Source: Dyella sp. (GTDB taxonomy: Bacteria; Pseudomonadota; Gammaproteobacteria; Xanthomonadales; Rhodanobacteraceae). Taken from it: a DNA stretch of 64,000 nt. Where the stretch lies: NCBI GenBank assembly GCA_039594095.1, contig JBCNOA010000002.1, forward strand, positions 5,253 through 69,252, given 5' to 3'. The stretch's first letter is position 1. Every line of letters starts with the position of its first letter. The position numbers and the translations under genes are program-made. The notes under the pieces are model-generated. The model ran no database searches and was not told the origin of the DNA. It saw only the letters and a program-made list of their open reading frames with translations. Shown here one piece after another: positions 17,218-27,520 of this stretch.

Positions 17218-18435
17218 TCAGCCCACGCGACGCAAGCCGCGCCTCAGGCTCCACGACAACGCCAGCCAGCCGGGGATCGCGAACAGCAGCCATGGCTGGT
17301 TCTGCTGCACGTTGCCGGGCAGGGCGTGGAGGGCGGTGGCGGCGATCAGGGCGATGAGCTGCAGCAGGATGACGCGGTCGGCGAGGCGGGAGGCTGCGAG
17401 GCCGTGGCGGGTGCGCCATAGGGAGGGCAGTAGCAGGAAGGCAAGCGGGTTGAACAGCAGAAGGTTGGCATTGGCCCAGGCGGAGTGGTGCGTGGTGAGG
17501 GTCCACAGCACCAGGAGCAGGATGCCGACGATACCGGCGGCCGTGAGGTAAAGCGTACCCAGCAGGGCAAGTCCGGTGGGCCAGCGTCGGGCCGTGGCGA
17601 CCAGAGCGGCCGCGAAGGCGAGCCCTGCGATGGCCATCGGCATGCGCAGATCGGGCGCCTGATCCGGCGGTACCTCAAGGCGGTTCGGTGACAGCAGGGT
17701 GCCTTCGCCGGCGAGCGAGTGGGTGCCGCCAGCGCCGTCGTCGATCTTCACGTGCGCCAGCTCGCGCTGCAGGACCATGGGCAGGAAGCTCTCCTGCCAG
17801 GCATTCAACGGCTGATCGGCATAGGGGCCGAGGCCGAGATCGAGGATCAGCATCAGCCAGGGCTGCGCACTCATCAGGCGTGCGGTTTGCTGGCGGTAGG
17901 TCATGCCGCCGGCACGGCTTTCCAACTGCTTGCGGATGACGCCGCCGAGCGCGCGGTCGAGCGCGTCGCGCACGCGAGTCGTGCAGTTGTCGGCGTAGTA
18001 GTCGTAGTCGTAGCGGGCGTGCTCGGGCTGCACGTTCCACACGAGGAAATCGCGGAGCGCTGCGGCTTGGTCTGGCGTGAGGGTCAGGGGCTGCCGCGTG
18101 ACGGAGCGGCCGGACTGGACGTAGAACCGCTCGTCCAGTTCGGTCGGCGCGGCGTCCATCAGGTAATGCATGCGGCCGCGCGCGAAGTTGAGCAGGAAGC
18201 CGCTTTCGTCGAAGTCGAAGACGCCGTAATTGAAGTTGACCGACTCGCCGCTGACCGTATCCCGCACCTGGATGGCGTCGTGCCCGAAGCGCTCCCAATA
18301 GGTCTCGCCCGGTCCATAGGTGATCAGGGCGACTTCCAGCTGGGCGCCAGGTGCATCGACGACGCCCGCGCGGGCCTGCGCGAACACGCCCCCCAGCAAA
18401 GCAAGCAACAGGAGGGTGCGAGCGATCAGGCTCAT
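17218..18435 (-). CDS. DUF4105 / Lnb-like protein (putative lipoprotein N-acyltransferase)
   Basis: Signal peptide, LITYGPG...FGHDAI...NFNYGVFDF...YDYDYYADNCTTRVRD and about four C-terminal TM helices; start set at MSLIART. Confidence 0.75.
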   Translation of the reverse strand: MSLIARTLLLLALLGGVFAQARAGVVDAPGAQLEVALITYGPGETYWERFGHDAIQVRDTVSGESVNFNYGVFDFDESGFLLNFARGRMHYLMDAAPTELDERFYVQSGRSVTRQPLTLTPDQAAALRDFLVWNVQPEHARYDYDYYADNCTTRVRDALDRALGGVIRKQLESRAGGMTYRQQTARLMSAQPWLMLILDLGLGPYADQPLNAWQESFLPMVLQRELAHVKIDDGAGGTHSLAGEGTLLSPNRLEVPPDQAPDLRMPMAIAGLAFAAALVATARRWPTGLALLGTLYLTAAGIVGILLLVLWTLTTHHSAWANANLLLFNPLAFLLLPSLWRTRHGLAASRLADRVILLQLIALIAATALHALPGNVQQNQPWLLFAIPGWLALSWSLRRGLRRVG

Positions 18436-18475
18436 CGGCGGGCGTTTCCTTCGGAGAGAGGCAGGTGGCGGAGGC

Positions 18476-19324
18476 TCAGCCTTCCGCCAGGCGTGTGACC
18501 AGGAATTGCTGCACGCGGCGGTCGTCCGCTTCCGTGACGTGGAACAGGTAACCGCCGATGGCGACTTCCTCGCCCACTTCGGGCAGGTGGCCGAACTCGG
18601 AGGTGGCCATGCCGCCGACCGTGTCGAACTCCTCGTCCGAGAACGTGGCGCCGGCCTGTTCGTTGAAGTCGGCGATCGGGGTAAGCGCACTGACCGTCCA
18701 GCCGCCGCCGGCCTGCTCGTGCATCAGCTGGGGCTCTTCCTCGTCATCGTGTTCGTCGTCGATTTCGCCGACGATCTGCTCCAGCACGTCCTCGATGGTG
18801 ATCAGGCCGGCGACGCCGCCGTACTCGTCGACCACCAGGGCCATGTGGTTGCGTGTGTGGCGGAATTCCGCGAGCAGCACGTTGAGGCGCATGGCCTCGG
18901 GAATGAGCACGGCAGGACGCAGGATGGTGGTAATGCTGAAGTCCTGGTCCTTGCCCGCGAACTTGAGCAGGTCCTTGGCCAGCAGGATGCCGACGATCTC
19001 GTCCTTGTCCTCTCCATGGACCGGGAAGCGGGAGTGTCCGGACTCCACGACGGTATCGAGAATCTCGCGCAGCGGCGCCTCGGCGGAGAGCATCACGATT
19101 TGCGCGCGGGGCACCATGACGTCGTCGACGCTGAGCTCGGTGACCTTGATCGCGCCCTCGACCATGGCGAGGGTGTCGTTGGAGAGCAGGCCGTTGGCCT
19201 GGGCGGAGCGGAGCTCTTCGATGAGCTCTTCGCGGTTGCGCGGCTCGCCGGAAAACAGATGGCCCAGTCGATCCCACCACTTGCGGTGGGCCGGGCCATG
19301 GGTACTGCCAGGGTCCTCGTTCAT
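18476..19324 (-). CDS. corC: CBS-domain Mg/Co transport-associated protein CorC/YbeX
   Basis: VMVPR, GHSRFPV, VVDEYGG and IEDVLEQIVGEIDDEHD. Confidence 0.92.
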   Translation of the reverse strand: MNEDPGSTHGPAHRKWWDRLGHLFSGEPRNREELIEELRSAQANGLLSNDTLAMVEGAIKVTELSVDDVMVPRAQIVMLSAEAPLREILDTVVESGHSRFPVHGEDKDEIVGILLAKDLLKFAGKDQDFSITTILRPAVLIPEAMRLNVLLAEFRHTRNHMALVVDEYGGVAGLITIEDVLEQIVGEIDDEHDDEEEPQLMHEQAGGGWTVSALTPIADFNEQAGATFSDEEFDTVGGMATSEFGHLPEVGEEVAIGGYLFHVTEADDRRVQQFLVTRLAEG

Positions 19325-19430
19325 TACGCTTGCGGGTGTGCCCGGATGCAGGGCGGAAAGCCGAGTCTAGCCCAAAACTCGTGACAATTCAGGGCGCAAG
19401 GCTCGCCGGGCATGCCATGCGGGCAGCGGC

Positions 19431-19934
19431 TCAAGCGTACGGATCGGCGATGCCCAGGCCAGCGAGGATGCGGGTTTCCATGGCTTCCATGGCTTCCGCC
19501 TCGCTGTCCTGGATATGGTCGTAGCCCAGCAGATGGAGCACGCCGTGTACGGTCATGTGGGCCCAGTGGTCGCGCGGGTCCTTGCCTTGCTCGGCGGCTT
19601 CCCGGGCGACGACGGGCGCGCAGATCGCCAGGTCGCCGATCAGCGGCAAGCTCACGCCCGGCGGCAGTTCGGCGGGAAACGAGAGCACGTTGGTGGCGTA
19701 ATCCTTGCCGCGGTAATCGCGGTTGAGGGCGCGGCCCTCGGCGATGTCCACGATGCGGATCGACAGCTCCGTGGCCTTGCGCCGGCGCGCGCCGCGCAGG
19801 GCGGCCTCGGCCCAGCGGCGGAAGCTGGCCGAGGCGGGCACGCCGGCGCGTGGCGCTGCATAGCCGACCGAGAGGGTCAATCGCGTTTGAGCGGCGGCCG
19901 GGCGATGGGCCGGCTTGGCCTTGGTGGCGGTCAC
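19431..19934 (-). CDS. ybeY: rRNA maturation endoribonuclease YbeY
   Basis: [12 protein letters not shown] and [11 protein letters not shown]. Confidence 0.96.
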   Translation of the reverse strand: MTATKAKPAHRPAAAQTRLTLSVGYAAPRAGVPASASFRRWAEAALRGARRRKATELSIRIVDIAEGRALNRDYRGKDYATNVLSFPAELPPGVSLPLIGDLAICAPVVAREAAEQGKDPRDHWAHMTVHGVLHLLGYDHIQDSEAEAMEAMETRILAGLGIADPYA

Positions 19935-20911
19935 TTGGACTCTTCCGGTCTCTGCTCGAAGGCTTCGTAGGCGCGAACGATCTTTGCCACCAGCGGATGG
20001 CGCACCACGTCGCGCGAGGTGAAGAAGGTGAAGCTGATGCCGTCCACGCCGCGCAGTACTTCGATCGCGTGGCGCAGGCCCGAGCGTACGTTGCGCGGCA
20101 GGTCGACCTGGCTGACGTCGCCGGTGATCACGGCGACCGAACCGAAGCCGATGCGGGTGAGGAACATCTTCATCTGCTCGACGGTGGTGTTCTGCGCCTC
20201 GTCGAGGATGACGTAGGAGTCGTTGAGCGTTCTGCCACGCATATAGGCCAGCGGAGCGATCTCGATGACGTTGCGCTCGATCAGTTTGGCGACTTTTTCG
20301 AAGCCGAGCATTTCATACAGCGCGTCGTAGAGCGGGCGCAGGTAGGGATCGACTTTCTGCGACAGATCGCCGGGCAGGAAGCCGAGCTTTTCGCCTGCCT
20401 CCACGGCGGGGCGCACGAGCAGCAGGCGCTGCACGCGGTTGGCTTCGAGCGCTTCGACGGCGCTGGCGACAGCGAGGTAGGTCTTGCCGGTACCGGCCGG
20501 TCCCACGCCGAAATTGATGTCGTGCGTGGTGATGGCGTGCAGGTAGCGCGCCTGGTTCGGACCGCGGCCTTTGATGACGCCGCGCTTGACCTTGATCACC
20601 ACTTCCTGCGCGCTCTCGGCCGCCTCGGCGGAGAGCGCGTCGATGCCGGATTCGGCCAGGTGCAAATTGATTCGCGGGCCGGTCAGCGTTTCTTGTTCGG
20701 TGCTGTCGTAGAGCGCGCGCAGCACTCTCTCCGCGACGCGCGCGGGAGCGTCTTCGCCGATCACCTGAAACAGGTTGCCGCGATGGTCGATCTCCACGCC
20801 GAGGCGCAGTTCGATCTGGCGCAAGTGTTCGTCGAACGGTCCGCAAAGGTTGGCGAGGCGGGCGTTGTCTTCGGGTTCGAGCGCGAAGTCGCGCTGATTG
20901 AGCTCTGTCAT
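19931..20911 (-). CDS. ybeZ: PhoH-like ATPase YbeZ
   Basis: [23 protein letters not shown] and DEAQN. Confidence 0.93.
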   Translation of the reverse strand: MTELNQRDFALEPEDNARLANLCGPFDEHLRQIELRLGVEIDHRGNLFQVIGEDAPARVAERVLRALYDSTEQETLTGPRINLHLAESGIDALSAEAAESAQEVVIKVKRGVIKGRGPNQARYLHAITTHDINFGVGPAGTGKTYLAVASAVEALEANRVQRLLLVRPAVEAGEKLGFLPGDLSQKVDPYLRPLYDALYEMLGFEKVAKLIERNVIEIAPLAYMRGRTLNDSYVILDEAQNTTVEQMKMFLTRIGFGSVAVITGDVSQVDLPRNVRSGLRHAIEVLRGVDGISFTFFTSRDVVRHPLVAKIVRAYEAFEQRPEESK

Positions 20912-21008
20912 AGGCGCGCGAGAGTAGCGCGCGGAATGGGCGAGGGCTACCGCGCCATGCATGGGACTGCCGTGCGGCCGCGCGGGTTCTTCGGCCGGGG
21001 GAGGGTGC

Positions 21009-21040
21009 TTGCAAATAATTAATTGTTTAATTAATTTTTA
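21009..21040 (+). promoter_or_regulatory. Sigma-70 promoter overlapping a palindromic TetR-type operator
   Basis: TTGCAA-N17-TAATTT with AATTAATT-GTTT-AATTAATT in an AT-rich patch. Confidence 0.65.
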
Positions 21041-21043
21041 GGC

Positions 21044-21727
21044 ATGTCCCGGAACCACTCTCCCGCCAAGCCCCGCCGCGCCGCCGGCCGTCCCGCGCGC
21101 GCCACCCGCGACGATCGCGATCTGCGTGCCCACCTGCTGGACGTGGCGCTCGCCCGCTTCGCCCGCGACGGCATCGGCGCCACGCCGCTGCGGGCCATCG
21201 CAGTGGATGCCGGCGTCACTCCGGCGATGCTCCATTACTACTTCGGCGACAAGGCGCAACTTAAGCAGGCCGTGATCGACGAGCGCCTGTTCCCGGCGTT
21301 GGCGTCGGTTCGCGAGCGGCTGGCGCAAGCTGGCGATTCGCCGGCGGTGCTGGTGGAGACCTTCGTGCGGGGTGTCGGCGAAGTAGTGGCGAACCATCCC
21401 TGGCTGCCTCCGCTGTGGGTGCGCGAGGTGCTGTGCGAAGGCGGCGAGCTGCGGGAAGTGCTGTTTCACCAATTGTTGCCCAATGTCCCCAAGTTGCTCG
21501 CCCAGCGTTTTGCGGCCGCGAAGGCCTTCGGTGCGCTGAATGCCGGCCTGGATCCGCGCCTGCTGGTGGTGTCGCTGGTCGGGTTGACGTTGTTTCCCGC
21601 CGCGGGCGCGCCGATCTGGCGCCGCGTTTTCGACGCCGACGATCTTGGTCCCGAAGCATTGCTCAAGCACACGCTCGCCCTGCTCGAAGGCGGCCTGGGC
21701 GGCCAAGCCTCCGGAGTATGCCCATGA
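21044..21727 (+). CDS. TetR/AcrR family regulator (YbiH-like)
   Basis: HTH segment FARDG...LRAIAVDAGVTPAMLHYYFGDK. Confidence 0.9.
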   Translation: MSRNHSPAKPRRAAGRPARATRDDRDLRAHLLDVALARFARDGIGATPLRAIAVDAGVTPAMLHYYFGDKAQLKQAVIDERLFPALASVRERLAQAGDSPAVLVETFVRGVGEVVANHPWLPPLWVREVLCEGGELREVLFHQLLPNVPKLLAQRFAAAKAFGALNAGLDPRLLVVSLVGLTLFPAAGAPIWRRVFDADDLGPEALLKHTLALLEGGLGGQASGVCP

Positions 21728-22683
21728 ACAGGCGCCGCATTTTCTTTGCAGCATCGATGGTCTGCGCTCTGGCCGGTTGCCATAAGGCGCCACCGCAGGC
21801 GCTGGGTACGCTGGAATTCGACCGGATCAGCCTACCCGCGCCGGCGGCCGAACGGGTGATGGCCGTCCATGTGCGCGAGGGCGATAGGGTCAAGCCCGGC
21901 CGGCCGCTGCTCGAACTGGATCCGGCGCATACCCGGGCCGAACTCGCGGCCGCGGAAGCGCAGGCGACGCAGCAGCAGGCGACATTGCTGGAACTGCGCG
22001 TGGGGCCGCGGCAGGAAGACATCGCCAAGGCGCGCGCCGATCTTGCGGCAGCCGAAGCACAGGCGCGCGATGCGCGAGCGTATTACCAGCGATTGCTTCC
22101 CCTGGGGAAAGACAACTACGCCGCGGCATCCGACATCGACCGCGCCCGTGCGGCCGCCGGCAATGCCGAAGGCCAGGTCGCCGCCGCGCGGGCGGCGCTC
22201 GACGCACTGGTGCACGGCACGCGGCCGGAGCAGATCGCGCAGGCCGAAGCCGCGCTTGCTGCTGCTCAGGCGCAGGCGGAAGCGCAGAAAGTGCTGCTGG
22301 GCAAACTCGATCTGGTGGCGCCGCGCGCGGCGCGTGTCGACAGCCTGCCCTACAAGCTGGGCGACCAGGCGCCGGTGGGCGCGCCATTGGCCATCTTGCT
22401 GGCGGGCGATGCTCCCTATGCGCGTATTTATCTGCAGGAGCCGCAAAGGGCTCGGGTCCACGTGGGCGACACGTTGCGCGTGCATGTGGATGGCCGCGAC
22501 AAGACGTATTTGGGCAAGGTGCGCCTGATCCGCAGCGAGCCGGAATTCACGCCGTACTACGCCTTGATCGGCGAAGACGCGGCCCGGCTGAGCTATCTGG
22601 CCGAAGTGACGCTCGGACTGGATGCGGCCGATCTGCCGGTCGGGCTGCCGGTGCGCGTGGATTATCCGGAGACCGGGCCATGA
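21724..22683 (+). CDS. HlyD-family membrane fusion lipoprotein (YbhG-like)
   Basis: LAGC lipobox, VREGDRV, long Ala/Gln coiled coil and PEFTPYY. Confidence 0.88.
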   Translation: MNRRRIFFAASMVCALAGCHKAPPQALGTLEFDRISLPAPAAERVMAVHVREGDRVKPGRPLLELDPAHTRAELAAAEAQATQQQATLLELRVGPRQEDIAKARADLAAAEAQARDARAYYQRLLPLGKDNYAAASDIDRARAAAGNAEGQVAAARAALDALVHGTRPEQIAQAEAALAAAQAQAEAQKVLLGKLDLVAPRAARVDSLPYKLGDQAPVGAPLAILLAGDAPYARIYLQEPQRARVHVGDTLRVHVDGRDKTYLGKVRLIRSEPEFTPYYALIGEDAARLSYLAEVTLGLDAADLPVGLPVRVDYPETGP

Positions 22684-23648
22684 GCGATCGCGACCAGGAT
22701 GTGGCGATCCGCGCGACCGGGTTGACCAAGCGCTTCGGCAACCTGGTCGCCGTGGATAATGTCCAACTCGAAGTGCCGGCGCGACATGTCTATGGTTTTC
22801 TGGGCCCCAATGGTTCGGGCAAATCGACCACCATCCGCATGCTGTGCGGCCTTCTCACGCCCAGCGATGGAGAGATCGATGTGCTTGGCCTCAGTATTCC
22901 CAGAGAGGCGGAAGCCTTGCGCAGACGCATCGGCTACATGACTCAGAAGTTTTCGTTGTTCGAAGACCTGAGCGTGCGCGAGAACCTGGAATTCATGGCC
23001 GCGGTACAGGGAGTGCCCAAGCAGCACGCCGCGCGGCGCGTCGCCGACCTGGTGGAGCAGTACCACTTCGGTGACCGGGAAAAACAATTGGCCGGCACCA
23101 TGAGCGGTGGCCAGAAGCAGCGGCTTGCCTTGGCTTGTGCCGTGATCCATGAGCCTGAGTTGCTGTTTCTCGATGAACCGACCAGCGCGGTGGATCCCGA
23201 GTCGCGGCGCGACTTCTGGGAAAAGCTGTTCGAATTGGCCGACGAGGGCACGACATTGCTGGTCTCGACCCACCTGATGGACGAGGCGGAGCGTTGCCAT
23301 CGCCTCGCCGTCCTCGATCGTGGCGTGCTCGTGGCCGACGGCACGCCTGCCGAACTGACCGGCCGGCTCCAAGGGCGGACGTTTGTCGTTTCAGGCGGCG
23401 ACGCCCGTCGCGCGCAGCATGTGCTTGTCCATGTCCGCAACGTTCTCGGCGCGGCTCAAGTGGGCAACGAGTTGCGGGTGCTGGTGCGCGAAGGCGGCGA
23501 GACCGGCGAAGAAGCGCGCGAGGGCTTGCAGCAGGCTCTGGCGGAGCAGATGGAGGGCGCGACCGTCCAGGACGTCGTTCCGAATCTCGAGGATGTGTTC
23601 GTCGCCGTGACGCGTCAACAGCGCGCCCCGGAGGAGCACGCCGCATGA
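22680..23648 (+). CDS. ABC transporter ATP-binding protein
   Basis: GPNGSGKST, MSGGQKQR and LDEPT. Confidence 0.93.
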   Translation: MSDRDQDVAIRATGLTKRFGNLVAVDNVQLEVPARHVYGFLGPNGSGKSTTIRMLCGLLTPSDGEIDVLGLSIPREAEALRRRIGYMTQKFSLFEDLSVRENLEFMAAVQGVPKQHAARRVADLVEQYHFGDREKQLAGTMSGGQKQRLALACAVIHEPELLFLDEPTSAVDPESRRDFWEKLFELADEGTTLLVSTHLMDEAERCHRLAVLDRGVLVADGTPAELTGRLQGRTFVVSGGDARRAQHVLVHVRNVLGAAQVGNELRVLVREGGETGEEAREGLQQALAEQMEGATVQDVVPNLEDVFVAVTRQQRAPEEHAA

Positions 23649-24754
23649 GCTGGCGCCGGCTCTGGGCCATCGTGATCAAGGAGCTGCGGCAGCTGAGCCG
23701 CGACCGGATCACGCTCGCGATGATCGTGGGCATTCCGGTGATTCAACTGGTCCTGTTCGGCTACGCCATCAATACGAATCTGCGCGGCCTCGACGCAGGG
23801 ATCGTCGACCAGGCCAACAGCGCCGGTTCGCGCGCGCTGGTAATGGACATGCTGGCGACCGGCGTGATCTCGCCGGTCGCGCGCGCCGATACGCCGGAGG
23901 AACTGGTGGCGATGCTGCGCCGAGGGGAAATCAGTATCGGCGTGGCGGTTCCGCCGGATTTCGAACGCCGCCGCTATGACGGCCGCCAGGTAGCCCAGAT
24001 CATGGTGGACGGCAGCGACAACGTGGTGCAGAGCGCCGCCGTGCAGTTAGCGCAGGTGCCGGTAGACAGCGGGGCACCGGACACGCGCGCGCCATTGGTC
24101 AGCACACCGGCAGCGGGGCCGATCAGCATCGTCAGCTTCTACAATCCGCAGCGACGATCGGCGGTGAACATCGTGCCTGGCCTGATCGGCGTCATCCTGA
24201 CGATGACCATGGTGCTGTTCACGGGGATCGCCATCGTCAGGGAGCGGGAGCGCGGCAACATGGAACTGTTGATCGCCACGCCGCTGAGCAGTGGGGAGCT
24301 GATGGTCGGCAAAGTGCTGCCGTACATCGGCATTGGACTGATCCAGACCAGCGTGATCCTGGCGCTTGGACGCTGGCTGTTCGAGGTCCCGGTGCATGGC
24401 AGCCTGTTGGACGTCTACCTGGCGGCGGGCCTGCTGATCCTGGCCAACCTCACGATGGGCCTGCTGATATCGACGAGGGCGCAGTCGCAGTTTCAGGCCA
24501 TGCAGATGACGTTCTTCGTGTTCCTGCCGTCCATCCTGCTTTCGGGGTTCATGTTTCCATTCGCCGGCATGCCCAAGGCCGCGCAATGGCTCGCTGAGCT
24601 GCTCCCGCTCACGCACTTCCTGCGGCTGATCCGCGGCATCATGCTGCGCGGCGCGGGGCTGGGCGAGTTGTGGAGGGAGGTGGCCGCGCTGGTGGCCTTT
24701 ACCGCGGTCATGATGGCCGCGGCGATCCTGCGCTTTCGCAAGCGGCTTGACTGA
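23645..24754 (+). CDS. ABC-2 type permease (YbhR/YbhS-like)
   Basis: KELRQLSRD, RERERGNMELL and LSGFMFP. Confidence 0.9.
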   Translation: MSWRRLWAIVIKELRQLSRDRITLAMIVGIPVIQLVLFGYAINTNLRGLDAGIVDQANSAGSRALVMDMLATGVISPVARADTPEELVAMLRRGEISIGVAVPPDFERRRYDGRQVAQIMVDGSDNVVQSAAVQLAQVPVDSGAPDTRAPLVSTPAAGPISIVSFYNPQRRSAVNIVPGLIGVILTMTMVLFTGIAIVRERERGNMELLIATPLSSGELMVGKVLPYIGIGLIQTSVILALGRWLFEVPVHGSLLDVYLAAGLLILANLTMGLLISTRAQSQFQAMQMTFFVFLPSILLSGFMFPFAGMPKAAQWLAELLPLTHFLRLIRGIMLRGAGLGELWREVAALVAFTAVMMAAAILRFRKRLD

Positions 24755-24858
24755 AGTCGACGGATCGGGTGCGCCGCGGGCAAAGATTGCCGCGATGCGC
24801 AGTGCAAGAGGGCGGTGGCCGTCGAGGTCCGCCCCCTGCTTGCCTTAGCCCGCAGCGT

Positions 24859-26205
24859 TCAGGCGGCTTGCTGGTCGTCGGCGCTGTGGACGCGTCCGCG
24901 CAGCGAGTTGGTCATGGCCTCGGTGATCACTACGTCCACGAACTGGCCGATCAGGCGGGCCGGGCCGGGGAAGTTCACAAAGCGCATGTTTTCGGTGCGA
25001 CCGGTGAGCTCGTTGGGGTTCTTCTTGCTGGGCTTCTCGACCAGCACGCGTTGCACGGTGCCAACCATCGCCTCATTGATCTTCTTCGCGTTCGCGTTGA
25101 TCGCGGCCTGTAGCCGCTCCAGGCGCTGGTGCTTGATCGACATCGGCGTGTCGTCGGCCAGATTGGCGGCCGGCGTGCCGGGGCGAGAGGAGAAGATGAA
25201 GGAGAAGCTCTGGTCGAAGCCGACGTCTTCGATCAGCTTCATCGTCTTTTCGAAATCCTCGTCGGTTTCGCCGGGGAAGCCCACGATGAAGTCGGAGGAG
25301 ACGCAGATGTCCGGGCGCACCGCGCGCAGCTTGCGGATCTTCTGCTTGAACTCGATGGCGGTGTAGCCGCGCTTCATGGCGGCCAGGATGCGATCGGAGC
25401 CGGCCTGCACGGGCAGGTGCAGGTAGTTCGCCAGCTGGGGCACGTTCGCGTATGCCTCGACCAGCGAGTCGGAGAACTCCAACGGATGCGAGGTGGTGAA
25501 GCGGATGCGGCCGATGCCTTCGATCTGCGCGATGGCGTGGATCAGCACGGCCAAGTCGGCGGTGCCGCCATCGTGCGTGGCGCCGCGGTAGGCGTTCACG
25601 TTCTGGCCCAGCAGGTTCACCTCGCGCACGCCTTGCGCAGCCAGCTGGGCGACCTCGACCAGCACGTCGTCGAACGGACGGCTGATCTCCTCGCCGCGGG
25701 TGTAGGGCACCACGCAGTAAGAGCAGTATTTGGAGCAGCCTTCCATGATCGACACGAAAGCCGTGGGGCCCTCGGCACGCGGCTCGGGCAGGCGGTCGAA
25801 CTTCTCGATTTCGGGAAAGCTGATGTCCACCTGCGGCTTGCCGGTAGCACGCTTGGCCTCGATCAGCTCGGGCAGGCGATGAAGGGTTTGCGGGCCGAAC
25901 ACCAGGTCCACGAATGGTGCGCGCTTGATGATGGCCTCGCCTTCCTGCGAGGCGACGCAGCCGCCCACGCCGATCAGCACCGGCTTGCCGCCTTGCTTGT
26001 ATTCCTTCCAGCGGCCGAGCTGGCTGAAGACCTTTTCCTGCGCCTTCTCGCGGATGGAGCAGGTATTGACCAGAATGACGTCCGCTTCGGACTCGTCCGT
26101 GGTCAGTTCCAAGCCATGCGATGCCTTGAGCACATCGGCCATCTTGGCCGAGTCGTACTCGTTCATCTGGCAGCCGTGGGTCTTGATGAAAAGCTTGCCG
26201 CTCAT
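24859..26205 (-). CDS. miaB: tRNA-2-methylthio-N6-dimethylallyladenosine synthase
   Basis: GCQMNEYDS, radical-SAM motif CSKYCSYC and a TRAM domain. Confidence 0.97.
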   Translation of the reverse strand: MSGKLFIKTHGCQMNEYDSAKMADVLKASHGLELTTDESEADVILVNTCSIREKAQEKVFSQLGRWKEYKQGGKPVLIGVGGCVASQEGEAIIKRAPFVDLVFGPQTLHRLPELIEAKRATGKPQVDISFPEIEKFDRLPEPRAEGPTAFVSIMEGCSKYCSYCVVPYTRGEEISRPFDDVLVEVAQLAAQGVREVNLLGQNVNAYRGATHDGGTADLAVLIHAIAQIEGIGRIRFTTSHPLEFSDSLVEAYANVPQLANYLHLPVQAGSDRILAAMKRGYTAIEFKQKIRKLRAVRPDICVSSDFIVGFPGETDEDFEKTMKLIEDVGFDQSFSFIFSSRPGTPAANLADDTPMSIKHQRLERLQAAINANAKKINEAMVGTVQRVLVEKPSKKNPNELTGRTENMRFVNFPGPARLIGQFVDVVITEAMTNSLRGRVHSADDQQAA

Positions 26206-26407
26206 GGCGCAGGTACCGGTAGGGAAGGGGCGTGGGACGCCGAACCGCGCAGTTTACGCGCCCGCCGCCACGCATGCCAGCGAACGGCTTGTGCGATCAG
26301 GGACTTGCATGGGTTCTGCCGGATGGCGGTCGGCCGAGTTTGTCGGGGCGCACGAAATGGCGAGGCGGCGCTTGGCTTGCCCCTTGGGCAGGGGCACACT
26401 GCGCGCC

Positions 26408-27520
26408 ATGACTGATGCCGAGCGACAAGGGGAAAGCATCGGCTCGTCCTTGCGGGCTTTCCGTTCCGGTCCGGCTCTGCGCCGGGCGGCCGGGGCGTGC
26501 CTGCTGCTGGGCGGATGGCTGTGGTTGGCACCGGCGCATGCGGGAGGGCTGTACCGCTGCACCGGCGCGGCTGGCGAGACGGTCTACAGCAACAGTACCC
26601 AGGGCTACCAGGGCTGCCAGAAGATCGCGACCGTGGCGGATGTAGCACCCCGCGCCAAGGCCGCCAGGGCGGCGCCGGCGGCCCCTGCCGCTTCGCTGGC
26701 ATGGGTTCAGGGCAAGGCCCAGACTACCGCACAGGCGCTGCCGGATCCCTCCCTGATCGGTGTGAGGGGCGATGTGGCCACATCCGGGCAGCCATTGCCG
26801 CCTGCCGCGCCGCCGGTTCCGGCCGGCAAGGCGGGCCAATGGACTTACAGCGAATCCAAATCGGATACCGATACGGTGGCCTCTGCACCGCCGCCGGCGG
26901 GCGACCGGGTGCTGCGTGGCGCGGTTTATCGCGTGACACGGCCTGACGGTAGCGTCGAATACACCAATATGAAGCCTGCGGGGCCGGGCACGCATGCGGT
27001 GACGATGCTGTTCACCTACATCTCCACCTGCGTGGCCTGCAATCTGCACTCGCCCATTCGGTGGGACAGCGTGCAGCTCAATCTCACCGCCTATGCCGAC
27101 ACCATTCGGCTGGCGAGCGCCGAGTTCGGTCTGGACGAGGCCTTCCTGCGCGCCATCATCCATGCCGAGAGCGCGTACAACCCGCGGGCCCTGTCGATCG
27201 CAGGCGCGCAGGGCCTGATGCAGCTGATGCCTTCCACCGCCAACGACATGGGGGTGCGCGATGCCTTCGACGTCGACCAGAACATCCGCGGCGGCGCACG
27301 CTATCTCGCGCTACTCCTGAGGAATTTCAACGGCGATGAACGCCTTGCCGCTGCGGCATACAACGCGGGGCCGGGCGCCGTGCAGCGCTACAGCGGCGTG
27401 CCGCCGTACGCGGAAACGCAGGTCTATGTAGAGCGGGTGGGCACATTGCGCAAACGGTACGGCGCGGCCATCCGGCCGCCGATGGCGTCGGCCCAGGGGC
27501 CGGGGCCGGGGCGGGGTTAG
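26408..27520 (+). CDS. Lytic transglycosylase (SLT domain) with DUF4124-like N-terminus
   Basis: HAESAYNP, GAQGLMQLMP, AYNAG and PPYAETQ; start approximate. Confidence 0.85.
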   Translation: MTDAERQGESIGSSLRAFRSGPALRRAAGACLLLGGWLWLAPAHAGGLYRCTGAAGETVYSNSTQGYQGCQKIATVADVAPRAKAARAAPAAPAASLAWVQGKAQTTAQALPDPSLIGVRGDVATSGQPLPPAAPPVPAGKAGQWTYSESKSDTDTVASAPPPAGDRVLRGAVYRVTRPDGSVEYTNMKPAGPGTHAVTMLFTYISTCVACNLHSPIRWDSVQLNLTAYADTIRLASAEFGLDEAFLRAIIHAESAYNPRALSIAGAQGLMQLMPSTANDMGVRDAFDVDQNIRGGARYLALLLRNFNGDERLAAAAYNAGPGAVQRYSGVPPYAETQVYVERVGTLRKRYGAAIRPPMASAQGPGPGRG

